A stretch of 64,000 nucleotides of DNA from Massalongia carnosa (GCA_965645245.1 OZ287074.1:620001-684000), one strand, 5' to 3'; shown: positions 50,167 through 63,150, counted from the first letter of the stretch. Notes: a model not told the origin generated them from the letters alone. Numbers and translations are program-made.

Positions 50167-51649
50167 TCAGACCCTTCTTGCCCTTCCCATACCACCGCCA
50201 GACTCCCCGAGCATTACCTCCTGTACCTTTTCCCTCACACCACCGACTTTTCCTGCAACTCCAAGAATACCATGTTCGAATTCTCTCAATACATTTGCTA
50301 GCTCCCTCACCTGATCCTCGGCATTTTTGGTTTTGCCATCACGTCCATGAGTGAATGCCATATGCTGCATTTGGTGGAACGTGTTTACCTCGATACCTTT
50401 CAAGTAGACTTCAACCTCCGCTAAATTTTTCTTATAGCCTTCCAAAGTCCTAGACATGTTATCGGATTCGTTGGAAAAGTAGGAAACCAGATCACTACTT
50501 GAGCTCAGGCCATCTTCGGCAAGCGTTGGCGTAGCAGTTTGGGACACAGGGGGGATATTCCATAATCCAGAATGTTGATAAGGTTGAGGCAATCTAAGGT
50601 TCTGGATGATTTTGAAGCTAAGCTTCGCATTTGCAGCGTCCGATTTGATCAGCACTTTAGTATGTGCAATAGTCTCCGCATCGTTTTCAAGAGCGTTCTG
50701 CATAGTATCAAGTGTCGTGGTGCAATAACCAACGTCATTAGGAATGGACGCTGCGGAACTTTCAACTTTGCCCATAATTTGTTCACAAGTTTCTTGTTCT
50801 CTTATTTGATCTTGAATGAAATTATCAACATTTTCGATGACTTTCTGAAGATCTTCATGCAAATCATTGAAGCGGGTAGTAGGACGAAGCTCATTGATGC
50901 TGATTCGAACGCCTGGTATCGTCTGTTGCTGCTGACTGTATTGGCCGATACTGGCCGAGAAGATGGAGGAGTGCTGCGTTGGTTGTTGGAGCTGTTGATG
51001 GTGACTCTGACTCTGTAGAGCTGGATTCTGGCTTTACTCTTGATATTAGCCAAGTTATAAAAGTAAGAGGCGCACTGAGGGTTTTCTGAGAGATAGACTG
51101 ACAATGGCAAGGAGGTTGTATTTTGCCCAGAGTCCCCAAATAAACCGCTAGATTGGGTATTCTGGCCTTGGCCTTGTATATGGCTCGGGCCTATGGCCTC
51201 TTGAGATTGCCCCGCCCCCATGCGACTTAGCCCAAATATACCTCCGCTTTGCTGCTGGGTTGCCTGAGGATTGAAACTGCCTACGCCTGGTGAAGGAGCT
51301 TGTTGCCCACCAAAAAGACTTCCCCTAGTCTGTTGTTGACTGTTGGTTTCTTGAAAGCCCAATAGCCCCCCTCTCTGGTTCGACGTTGATGAGCCAAAGA
51401 GACTGCTGGTCTGCTGCGGTGGAGGATTACTCGTGGAGGAGCCGAACAACCCACCAGCGGGCTTCTCCTGCTGTGAATTGGCACCGAATAACCCACTAGA
51501 TGGCTGAGGTTGATTTGAAGCCCTATTAACGAATTAATGGGGTCAGGGTTTTGCCGTTAAGTTGTTCGAGTTACTCACGATAGAGAGTTTGCTGAGGTGG
51601 TATTGATGCTTAAGCCTGATCCATTCTGTGGGCGCGATAGTCCAAACAT
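50167..51649 (-). CDS. NUP49: FG-repeat central-channel nucleoporin (Nup49/Nup58-like)
   Basis: ATG 51649 MFGLSRPQNGSGLSINT; GLFG/SLFG repeats; ELRPTTRFNDLHEDLQK; coiled-coil C-terminus FEHGILGVAGKVG; two introns. Confidence 0.75.
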
Positions 51650-52028
51650 TGTGAAATGAAATATGGGTTTGCTACTGTCTTAGATAGACAGAGTGTACGA
51701 GGTCGGCAAGGGAAGTTAAAGAGTGAAACCAAAAATTCAGCCGCAATGTTTCACATTGCCATTTTATTGTGGCGCGACCTTGCTTCCAAGATAATTGAAC
51801 CAAAAATGTCCTTAAAGTGCTGCAATTTTTTTATATTCACAAAAGTATCACATACATAATTTGTAAATTGCGACTTTAATAGGCGTAAATCGTTGCATAA
51901 TCAATTTGTTTTTGGGTTTCGCAGCCAAGGCCAGAATTGGCTTGAAATCTAGCTCAAACACGCCCTTGCCGGCGCTGATGATAAGGTGACAATCTCCAAA
52001 TCATCTACCATTACATACATCTCTCGTC

Positions 52029-53222
52029 ATGGAAGTCGAAGAGGATGATGATATTTATGCTCCAGATGATGCTGTTGAACCTTTAGGCCCGGAAATTCCC
52101 CCTTCCACTAGTGCTAAGAAGGGAGGAGATGACTTAGAGGAAGGCGAAGAGGAAGGAGAGGAGGTGGAAGAAGAGTTTAGTGATTCGGTATAACAGATCT
52201 GATGGATTTTTTGTAGCATATGTGTTCTAACGTTTCTTTCATAGGACATAGATATCATCACTGACCGGAAAGAAGATGCTTCCAAGGCCGATAATTTGTA
52301 AGCCTTTAATATCCGCTAGAGATAAATTTGCACTAAGTATTTCATGCAGACCGTCTCAACCTGTCAACTTCTCCAAAAGGTCTCCTGTGCAAATAGTATC
52401 TTCAGAGACGATCGAGAAACGTCATCCATCTCCCGTGCCGAAAACCGATGAAACTGCAAACCAAACGCCTCCTAGTATTGTTGTATCGTACCCGGCCATC
52501 AAAACCTCAGCTATCGACGTGGACGCAAGGCCTATCTATGAGCCAAATGGCAAGCCAATCACAGAGGTTGATCTGGATCAAGGTATATACTTCATAAGCC
52601 AGCGCAATATGTAAGTAAAACTGCTAACGGAAGCACTATCAAAGATTTTTCAGAGGATGATAAACCTTGGCGGCGTCCGGGTACAGATATGACCGACTAC
52701 TTTAATTATGGATTTGATGAGTTTACCTGGGCTAGCTATTGTCTGAAGCAAGATAGCCTACGAAAAGAAGTCTCAGACTCAAAGAAGCAAATGGAGGAGA
52801 TGCAGAGCTTTCTGAGCATGCCCGGATCCATGCCAGTACTCCCTGGTATGCCAGGCCAGCCGGGGGGTGCGCAAGCAGGTTTGGCAGCAATGGGAGCTCC
52901 GGGCGATCTTCCGCAAGAGATGCAGCAGATGTTGGCACAGATGATGTCTCAGGGCGTGGACATATCGCAGGTAGATCCAACCTTGTTTATGCAACAAATG
53001 ATGCAAGGGGTTCAAGCTGGGGCGAATGGTGCTCAGGGGCAGAATTTTGGAGGAGGTCAGTCCTTCGGCCAACAAGGACAAAATCAACAGCAACCAGGGT
53101 TCGGTTACGGTGGCGGAGCTGGGGGTAGCAGTGGTGTAGGGGCTGCTGGAGCTGGAGCTGGAGCTGGAGCTGGAGGAGCCCGAAATCAAAGTGGAAGAGG
53201 TCAGGGTCGAAGAAACTGGTAG
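52029..53222 (+). CDS. FIP1: Pre-mRNA 3'-end processing factor Fip1 (4 exons)
   Basis: Acidic N-terminus, [47 protein letters not shown]. Confidence 0.93.
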
Positions 53223-55702
53223 CTGTTATGGTGGGGTAGATAATTTACCGATATCGTTCTCAAAACCATCAGTGTCACCAGAAGTGGACTTGAGGAAGAA
53301 GTCAGCTGTTGTAATACTCGTACGGGGCTTCAACCAGGTCGCCGGATTATTTTGTTTGGCAGCCCTTTCAGATCAGGTGACCACAGCTAACAAGGGTTTA
53401 ACGAGATGAGATATACCCGTAGAGTGCATATTGGGGTATGACATGGAAAATCCTTCCAGCATCGTCTCTACAGCTCCTTTCCAAAACCCTCATCATTGCA
53501 AATCCTTTGTCATCCAGTATGCCCCTCGTAAGCAATCAGAAGCTTTGCCATTGTATTGGTTTAGTTCGTTCTGTCTCATCCGTTTCCAAGCACGTGAATG
53601 AGGAACTCAGCGACGTCAACAGTTATGATTATGTAACCCTCCCTCTTGGATATTCGCTGGATGAGCTTCCTCTTCCACGATTTGCCTCTTTAAGAAATTT
53701 GTTAAGTGAACCGACATATGGTAGTGCTGTGCTTGTGAGGGAGAATCCTTGACCCTAGGTATAGGACGAAGGATCAAAGTTTTTGATCTTAAGGAGCTCA
53801 ACGTTTGTTTCGAATTGATGGCATTTATTTATTTGGTATAGTAAGAATGCTGTTGGAAATTATAGGATTCTCTTTCTCTACTCGAACGGTCAAACGATTG
53901 CCTGCAAGTAGTATGGCAGTAAGAGATTCAAGAGCGCGATCCAAAGTTCTCTCCTGGAGCACGCAATCTCTCAAAGGCTTGACCCTTTCATGTTGTAACA
54001 GATGCCTTGTTAATTGTTGGTTTCTTACTGATATTGTTGACAACCTATAATATCATCCTGCAATCAGAGACCAGGACTATCGGATGGAAAAGCGATTCTT
54101 TAATGACAACTTACTAAACCATCGGGACGACCGTTCTTTAATGGAGTCATTTAGTGCTTCTCAAGTCGATGCTTTCAAAGCCTTGGTAGGATTGCTGATC
54201 TCAGGTATGGGTTTATTCGTGACTAACACTTCAAGCTTTCCGAAACATCCTTACAACAATCTTGCATGACAGCGTATTAGACCGCTTGGTCAATGCGTGA
54301 CTTGCTAGTTCTTGACGCTGTGATCTCTTTCGGTGTCTCTTTTAAAACTGATCTCTTAGGCTCAAAATTCTTAGTGTGGTAGCTCTAGTTTAAAATGATC
54401 ATCATCGTGGGACTAACGGAGAACTTTACTGCAACGTCAAAAGAGTACAACAACTCGTTTTCTCTCTCTTCTGCTTTATTACCACAACTGTGCTTGGCTC
54501 AAGTTGCGATCATGGGGATTCACAGATACTGCCAGTTCACAAGGCGGTCAGTTCCCATCCTATTCACCACCGGAACAATAGGGTTGGTAATGCCACAATG
54601 TGAATGGCGTTCTTCTCCTCTTCATGTTCAAAATCCATGTTGCCTCACCTTTGTACTTTTCCCACAATTCGCTTCTGCCGGCTTAGTCTTTTTTCTCCTT
54701 TGCATAGCATCTGTTCCCATTATTCAATACCCATTCATCAACAAGAAACATCACAGCTTTGTGAAAACCTCCTGCATTTGGCTTCTGCAAAGCTCCTTGA
54801 TATCGGAGAGCTCGGCGATCCTCTTCACTCTTACGATCACACAGAACCATCTAGTAAGTCTCCAAACTCATCCTCAAGTCCTTTCATACCCATGGAGTCC
54901 TGATACTCGCTATCTGCCATGGTTTTATACGGGTATGGTTCAAGGCGGCTGTGTGATCTATGGTCTCATAGCCCCTTTCCCATTCTAAAACGTTTCTCCG
55001 CATTAAGTTTGCACTCTACTCTCAAGAAACTCTTGACAGTGGCCAGAATACCCCGGCTCCCTATAACAAAGCTCTAGTTTACTAACAAAAAGGTGTGGTA
55101 ATTAGAACAGATATCTGCAATCTAGGATAACCAAATTGTCCTCAAGGTAAGCATCCAAGGTGTTTTCAGTGACAATCACCACTTTAGCACAGGCTTTCAC
55201 TTGTCTATCTTATTCTCTGTCGGTAAGAAACAACTGCTCACTTTTAGAAATTCTGTAGGCTGTGGGGCAACTTGACTTGCTGGGAGTGAGTCGGGGAAGC
55301 GTTATCGATTGCACTCTGCTCCTGTACGTTCTAGGTCACCTGAAAGACGAGATATTTAATGGTTCTGATATTATCTCCGATGTGGCCAACATGCTTACAG
55401 TATGCTTAGTTTCTCATTACCAACATCTCCCCTAGCGCCCTCCCCTTTCGACACATTTTGCGAAACCTCGTGATCCTGGAATTTGCCGTACCACAAAACA
55501 CACTGACTGGAATTGAAGCACAAACATACAATAGCATTGTTTGTACACTCTCCTTTCTTGGCGCCAAGCTACATTTTGCTATATGCAACGGACTTGACGG
55601 CTCATGACAACAGAAGACCAAGTAGCTACACCGGAAAACCAGGAGCCCTTTGGACCAAAAATCCTCGAAGTCGAGTGGTGAAAAAAGAAAACGTTGGCCT
55701 CG

Positions 55703-58112
55703 ATGAGTCTCCCTTCGGATGTGGTCGGGCAGGAGGATGAGTACAGTATTACTGCTATTGGAGGCATCTCTAATATAATTGAGAGTGAGAAAAATCTATT
55801 CGAAGGGGCTTTTCTTAACGGCAACACTTCCTTTGACTCTGAGCTAGAGGCGCTTAAAATGGGGATGCCGAAGGTAGAAAATCCTCGCCGTAGCCAAGAG
55901 GATATCATGGCTGTAAATGCCATTGCACGAGACCTTGACGAGCAATTCGGCATACCTCAATTCTGTCCGAATGACATATCCGGGAATTTCAACTTTACGA
56001 CCCTTCCTGCCCCCCCGATTTCACATAGCAATCCAGAAACTCCGATTGAACTAAAGGAGTTTACCTTCGATACAAAACCAACAGAGATGACCCGTAACCT
56101 AAGCGAGCAAAGTCCCCTTGCTCCACGGACGATGCGGCATCTAAATTCAGCGTTCGAGGTGAAGCCAATAAACCAACATCAGGTTCAATCTTTTTTTCCA
56201 GCCTCTACCAATTCGTCCAGAGTCCGCGATGGGCCTTCCGGACTGCACTCTCGCGCAAATTCCATATCGAGCCTTGCTCCATCTACACCTCTCGCACGTC
56301 CCCTTCAGGCTGGTCCTGATCTTGGCGCTCGATATGAGCCGGCGGCTCGGCAGTCACACATGCGAACTCAAATTGGACCATCAAACCTAAGGAACAGTTA
56401 TTCTGCTTTGTCAGATGGATCCAGTCTACCCCAAACAGGATCGAATAATCAACCTGTTCAGGCTGTTGCTGGGAATAACTCTATTCGCGAGCCATTGATG
56501 GGATATCAGAACCATTATTCCTATGAGTTTGGTAGCTATTCCCCTCTATCGCGGACTCGAGGTGGGTCTGCAACACCGTATCATAATCAAGTGCATGGAA
56601 ACGAGAGAACCAATGACTTTGGTCAATTCACGCCTCCAATTTCATATAATGACCCTTTCAATGCAAATTCACAACATACCATGCATCCGTCACGATATAG
56701 TGACCAAGGTCTTCACGGTTTGGCTACTGAGGGGAATATCAATCTCCACCGACGTTCAGTGGATCTTTCAGTACACAATCAACCATTTTATCCTACCCCG
56801 CCTTCTAATCATCGACCATCTTTACCCTACGACCAACAAGTTTATCACACAATGAAGCGCGCAGGATCTTTATTCGACTCGGCCTCGAAGCACATTAAAT
56901 ACCGGTCATTGGAGGATGCTAGAAAGGAGAAGACAGTTAGCACTCACAACCCGAGCAACGATATCACAGCCCCTACGAACGATTCAGAAGACTGTCATTA
57001 TGTGGACTTGTTGATGGAAGCGATGCTCGACATGTCAGCGGCAGAGGATAACGATGGCATGAAACGTACATGGCAAACCATGATGCGTGACCAAGACAAG
57101 GTTGAGAAGGCAGCCTGGGAGATTTTGGTAAGTCTATTCAGTAAGGAAGGTAGATTTTCTTTATAGATGCTGATCAGAAGCTACCAGAGCCTTTGCAAAG
57201 AGCGACATTTACGCAACGGTCCCTTTGAAATGAGCCCCAAAGTCTCTCGTCAGTTTGAAAAATTTGAGGATCGTGTCCGATCCATTTGCGATGCAGTGAA
57301 GGTATATGATACTCTCAACATTGGATGCTTTATGGAGTACTAACTAGTTCAAACAGACCCAAAAGACGATGTGTAAACATCTGTTACGTCAACCATTCAT
57401 TGAAGAGGTCGTTGAAGACCCTGTTGCAGCTGTCTCAGTAAGTGTCCGCTTGAATAAGGGCAACCACCATGCTTCTTTCCAAGCGACATTGCTGATAACT
57501 CCCCCCCCCCCCCCCCAGCGCATCAAAAACAACCGTAAGGTGAACCATGGAAAGAAGGAAGCCATTGACAAGGGCCGCGAAGCTCTTGGGGAAAAGGGCC
57601 ACGGCAAGGGCCGCCGAACTACCAAAGTCGCCAATATCGATAGCGACGAGGAGTTCGACGGCGAGTATGAGGAACTAGGCAGCCATGCCAACGTCAATGC
57701 CCTCGTCGTTGGCTTGAAACAACCCTCCGCATCGCGTTCTCGTGTCCGTCGCCGCGCAGGCAGCTCCGACAACGGCAGCCTCGACCAGAGCTATCGCGAA
57801 GGCTCCGTCTCCAAGAAACCTAAGCGCGCCAACCGCTCGGTATACCAACTCAACGAACGCAACGAAATGGTCGACACGTCCCTTTTGGTAGCACCGAATC
57901 CTCAACCCGGCCTCGCGCTGCAGTCTTCGCAGCAATTCGCTGTGCAGCAGAGCCAACAGAATAACCCACACGACTCTTACGGATGGGCTAATATTGGGAG
58001 CGTGACGGAGCTACGCGTCAGCGATCCACTATTCGCGTCGAGTGCTAATATCGAATTCGGTGGACATCAGCAGACCCATGTTGAGGGACGTCGCAAGGTG
58101 GCTCATCGTTGA
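55703..58112 (+). CDS. Hypothetical protein: long low-complexity N-terminus, helical central domain, basic tail
   Basis: 490-codon ORF joined by in-frame GT-AG introns 57128-57187, 57302-57356 and 57438-57518 to the 57369-58112 ORF; 5' end may extend upstream. Confidence 0.75.
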
Positions 58113-59527
58113 GTCGACTTTGTTGCACTTCCATCGTGCCTTTCATCCCTGCCAAAATTTCTCTTCTCAACGATAAAATAATTTCTTTCAATCCTACTAC
58201 TAGCATTGATACTAAAACTCGCTTCTCTTTGATATCTTGGGAACCCACAGGCTCATTGGTCAAATCTTGCACTCATCCGCCAGCCTTGTCCCCTCACCAA
58301 TTTCTCTCTTTCCACGGCAAACATCTCACTCGGCAGGAGAAGCGCGCTGGCCGCCCCCCCCCTCGGTTGGATAGACAAGAATACGTACATACATGTACGA
58401 TCGACGATCCCATCATTTTTTTTCTCATTGCCAAGAAAGCACGATCCATGGCTAGGGGTATTTGCAGTCACCACACGTACGTTCGGAACATCTGTACTTT
58501 GCACAAAAGACTCAATGCATGTGGCTTTTTGCTAGTTATCCTCCACCCCCAACCAGCGAAAAGAAACACGGAATAGGGCGTAGGGTTTTGCAATCAACAG
58601 CCACCAATGCTTACAAAATTGGCGGGTCTGATCAGGCATGCCATCTGTTGTTTCATTTTGCGGTGAAACAACGGCGTACAGGGAAAACGGAGTTTTTTGT
58701 TGAAGCAACCGATGGAACCGATTTTTCCAGTTTTTTTAGATTTCCCCCCTCCCTTCCTATTTGAGCGAATCGAGCGAGCGAGCGAGTCACTTACCCAGCA
58801 AGCGAAGCGAGCGAGCGTGCCATGTTCCCAATCTTGTATCTTTTCCCCCCTTTTCCAGTTTTCCCCTTGTCCCCTGTGTCTTTGTCCTCTGTGCTCTGTT
58901 GTCTATCTCTCTCTCTGATGGGATTACTCTTAATGGTTAGATGATGAAAAAAGCGAGGGGGCCTCTTTCCGGAAGTGTGTTGCTAGATACCCTCCTCTCT
59001 CCGATTATTCTCCGCTTCACCTTCCCCTCCCCTCCCCAAAAAACCCTTTATTTTCGCTTTCTTCTCCCCCCTGTGCCCGTTGCTGCTGCGTGGTGGATGG
59101 TGGGTGGGTTGTTGCAGCTAGCAGACAGGTAGGGGAGAAGAAGGGGGGGTTTTTTGTTAGGGGGAAGAGGGGGGGGAAGGAAAGGGGTTGAGAGATTAGT
59201 AATTCTGAATTTAGTTTTTGATCTTTGATGATCTCATTTACTTTTGTAGTGATGATGATGATTGATAGATGGGGGTGTGTGACTGTGTGTTTGCTGGAGC
59301 TATGGTACAAGCCTATGAAAATGCCCTGATCATCATCTCCCGACCCAGTGAATAGATAGGGAACTCTATCATCATCCCTTTCCAACATCACCCACGGCAC
59401 CGATGTACCAGCCTTATCTATTTATCTCCTCCCTCCTCCCTCCTCCCTCCTCCCAGGTTCTCTCCCCAGACGCAATTCCAAACACCGATCCATCCCTCCC
59501 TCCCTCCCTCCCTCCCTCCCAACAACC

Positions 59528-60732
59528 TCATTTCCCCTGGTTAAATTGCATGCTGTATCCCCCCTTCTCATCCTTCGTCATTTGGAAATTGTCGGTGGAG
59601 AGCCCAAAGGGCTTGAGAATACCATTGCCTAACTGTTTTTGTATTCATGAGCAGAAATTCTCGAATCTCCCCATGTAGGTGCTCGCATGGGAATTGGGTA
59701 AAAAGAAAAAAAGATGAAATGGCGGTGAGCAATGGGAATGTGAATTGACTGAAGAAGGGAGGGAACTCACTTCTTTCAGCTTACCCATCATATCTCCCAT
59801 TTCCTTTTCCTTGGCAGCGGCAATTTGAGCGGGGAGGGTGGCGAGGGCTTTATGCACGATCTTGCGATCGGCGGGCGGGAGGGCGGGAAGTTGGGAAAGA
59901 TTTTGGTAATCTAGCACGGTAGCAGTTAGGAACACGTTCATTCTACCGTCTGTATACACTGATTCACGCCACGAAAGGGGAGAAGTGAGAGGAAATAGAT
60001 TGTCTTACCTCCCTCCGCGCCTTGCAGATTACCCCAACCGCCCAGTTCGGATTTCGCCTTCGCCCGCCTCATCAGCGCCTTGGCACGGATCCGAAGGATG
60101 TCGTCCCGCCGCTGATCGCTCATCTTTAGCCTTGCCAGCTCCTGCTCTGCTTCCTCGCCATCCCCTACGATTTCCACCACCGCCCCGTCAGCGTCACCAT
60201 CCTGATCAGCATTCTTTCCTCCCTCCTCCTTGGCAAGTTGGTTGGATCCGGCTTTTTTTGGCGGGGGAAGTAGGCGGTCCAGCGCGTCCAAAGCGGTGGT
60301 AGCGCTGTCGACGGCGGCCTTCCAGTCCTCGAGCTTAAGATGGCAGGCCGCAATGTTGCTTTTTAGCACGGCGACTTCGAAGTCGAGGTAGTTAGGGCAT
60401 GAGGCGAGGGCGGTGTCATATTGCCCGATGGCTTGCGAGTATTGGGCACTGCTGAAGAGCCGGTTCGCTTCTGATTTTTGTGCATTTGATTCGGATAGGA
60501 GGGTCTAATGGAGGTTGAGAGAAGGGAGATGGTTTAGTCAAGGTTTCGTGGTGCTTCGAATCGATATGTTTGTGTAGAGGGAAGGAAGAGGGAAAATTTG
60601 GCATCTGCTCACCGCTTCTTCTTCGGCGTTGAAGTGGACGGGGGGGCGCGTATCGTTGATTTGTGGAGGTGATGTCGCTGGGGACGGGGATTCCGTGAGA
60701 CGAGGATCGATGGGGATATGATTTGAAGACAT
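59528..60732 (-). CDS. Tetratricopeptide repeat protein 1 (TTC1-like), 4 exons
   Basis: [82 protein letters not shown]. Confidence 0.88.
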
Positions 60733-60996
60733 TATCACATTGGGGTTAAGATGGGGGAGAAGGGGGAAAGATGGATCGGGGGCTATTTCGTAGCGAGCAG
60801 AGCAGGAACGTGTGCAGCCTTCTTGCAGGTTAATGTGCAGTCCATGGAAACACCTGCCGTTGTGGATAATGTGTGTTCTAGAGGCGTAGATGCGTGGAGA
60901 CTATGTCCATACAGAGTATAGACGATTGAGAGGAGCAGAGGGAGATGGGTTCGATGAGCCCATTTGCTTAAGCGATAGCCGCGGCTAACTACTTGC

Positions 60997-62283
60997 CACG
61001 CGCGTGACAAAAATGGCCGAACACCAAAATTTAGCCGAAATTTCTTTGATTGTACAATCACATTAAACCCCCAATATGGAGCCCAATTTAGAGCTACGAT
61101 TGACTGAAAAACAGCCGCATACTACTCCTACTAAGGCTAAGGTTCAGGGAGCCATTGAATATGCACAGGCGAAAGGAATTTTGCATAGCAAACAGGACGT
61201 TTTCGATTTTTTCGGAGTGGGAAGAACTCAGGGTTATGCAATGCTGAACGACATCAGCACCAATCGTCGTTTACATAATTCTTACATAGCAGAGCCTCGA
61301 GGTCGACCTTATAAGCTGCTTAAAGAGCTTATTGATCGTATGCTTGAAATTTGGAGACATGGGGCTTGGAGGGACGATCGATGACCTGGACTCAATTGGC
61401 TGCAGCTGCGGAGGCTCCCGTCGTTTCATGGCGTACGATTCAACGAGCTCTGAAAGAACGAAACTATCATAAATGCACTGCTTGCACGAAGACCTTCTTG
61501 CCAGAAAATCTGATGAAAACACGAAGAGATTGGGCTTGGGAGAAAAGACACACCTGGTCTTTGAATGATTGGAAAAAGGTACGATTTTCTGACGAGGTTC
61601 ACTTCGGGCGAGGTTCACTTCGGGCGAGGTCCACAACGAAACCTTCAAATCATTCGAAAGCCTGGTCAACGTACGTGTGAGGACTGCATTCAAGAACAAC
61701 GTCAGCCAGAAGAGAAGGATAAAAAGCAGAAACGATATCATTGTTGGACCGCGGTGGGCTGGAATTTCAAGTCGCAGTTGATATTTTATGAGGTTCCCAG
61801 CAATTCGAATGGAAAGATGAGTCAACGAGTGTATATTGACTCCATTCTGGAGCCGGTTGTCAAATCATGGATGGAAGGTCATGAATTCGTATTGGAAGAG
61901 GATGGAGACTCCGGGCATGGTTCAGGAAAGGATAATATCGTACGACGATGGAAGGGGGCAAATGGGCTACGATATTACTTCAATTGTCCTCATTCTCCTG
62001 ATCTTTCTCCCATCGAGAATTGTTGGCAGGTTCCAAAACAAACGGTTGGACGTCAACCTCATTGGGATGATGATACCACAATTGCTGCAATTAAGGAGGG
62101 TTGGGCCAAACTTTCTCAGGCAAAAATCAATCAACGGATCGATTCAATGCCCAAAAGAATTGATGACGTGTTAGACATGCAGGGTAAGCTTACTGGATGG
62201 TAAAATAGCTGTAGTTGTGGATGTAAATGTAAATCCAACAAATCGCTAAATTTTGGTGTTCGGCCATTTTTGTCACGCGCGTG
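60997..62283 (+). mobile_element. 1287-bp IS630/Tc1/mariner-type DNA transposon with perfect 39-bp TIRs and a 5-bp flanking direct repeat (CTTGC)
   Basis: CACGCGCGTGACAAAAATGGCCGAACACCAAAATTTAGC at 60997-61035 and its exact reverse complement at 62245-62283; CTTGC at 60992-60996 and 62284-62288. Confidence 0.95.
61076..62203 (+). pseudogene. DD37E transposase (~370 aa reconstructed) with two frameshifts
   Basis: RGRP, WKKVRFSDEVHF, EEDGDSGH...SPDLSPIE (37 residues between D and E); 1-nt loss near 61350 and a 16-bp tandem duplication at 61593-61624. Confidence 0.92.
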
Positions 62284-63150
62284 CTTGCTTCCGCTTCTGT
62301 TCTCCTTTTCTCCCCTTCCCCCTCCCCCCTTTCACCTTCGCCCTTCTTCACGCACGAACCCCCCGGCGTTTTGACTTGCTGAAAAGGTACTTTGATTATC
62401 CAATTTCCACCACATCTTCCCCCTACCTTACTGTATCTCATCCCATTTGCCCACCGTGCAAATATCGTGTTACACATCACATCACATCGAACAGACCCCA
62501 GGTACACATATCTAAGTTATCTAACCATTTACTATGCTTGGAGGCGCATCGCTGAAGATCAAGATCCAGCCACATGATTCACGATACGTCAATGGATCGA
62601 ATCGTGAAAACCACCAACCAGAAGACCATAACCAAAACCAAGACCAAGACCAAAATAAAAACAAAGCCTGTGCTCTTCCACGCTCTGACACATCAATTGT
62701 GGACACTAATGCAGCATTCCATGAAATTCCCCGAGACTATAAGATGATCGATAATAGTTCAGATCCATGGCTCTCATCCCTCCCTCTTCTCGTTTTTTGT
62801 TGTCGTGACTATAGATGCTATTTATCTGGAATCGGAAGCCACTGTGCGCGATTCTCGAATAATATCAATCTGTGCGCCAAAGCTTGGTTTTGGAATATTC
62901 ACATAACTCAAACTTTTCTTCTCATATGCGCGGGTCATGCTCCTAGGCATGTTTCATATTTGAAGTCTCCATGGTGGAAAATTTTACCAATTACCTACAC
63001 CTGAAGAATCTATAAAAGACCAAGTTTCCCTCATGTCCTGGAGCAACGTCCGCTGGGTTGAACATACGACCGTTCATTGAACCTTTGCCACTCCACTCCC
63101 CTCCACTCTCCTAAAACACCCGTGCACTCTCCTCCTTTTGCGATCTGACG

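Noticed and set aside
54395..54988. 197-aa hydrophobic ORF
   Set aside because: No family motif; T-rich composition explains the hydrophobicity; may be leader sequence of the 55703 gene
62534..63004. 156-aa ORF with NQDQDQ repeats
   Set aside because: Non-ATG start, driven by a short (ACCAAG) repeat, no recognisable domain
63062..63071. ACATACGACC matching the start of fungal 5S rRNA
   Set aside because: Similarity stops after 10 nt
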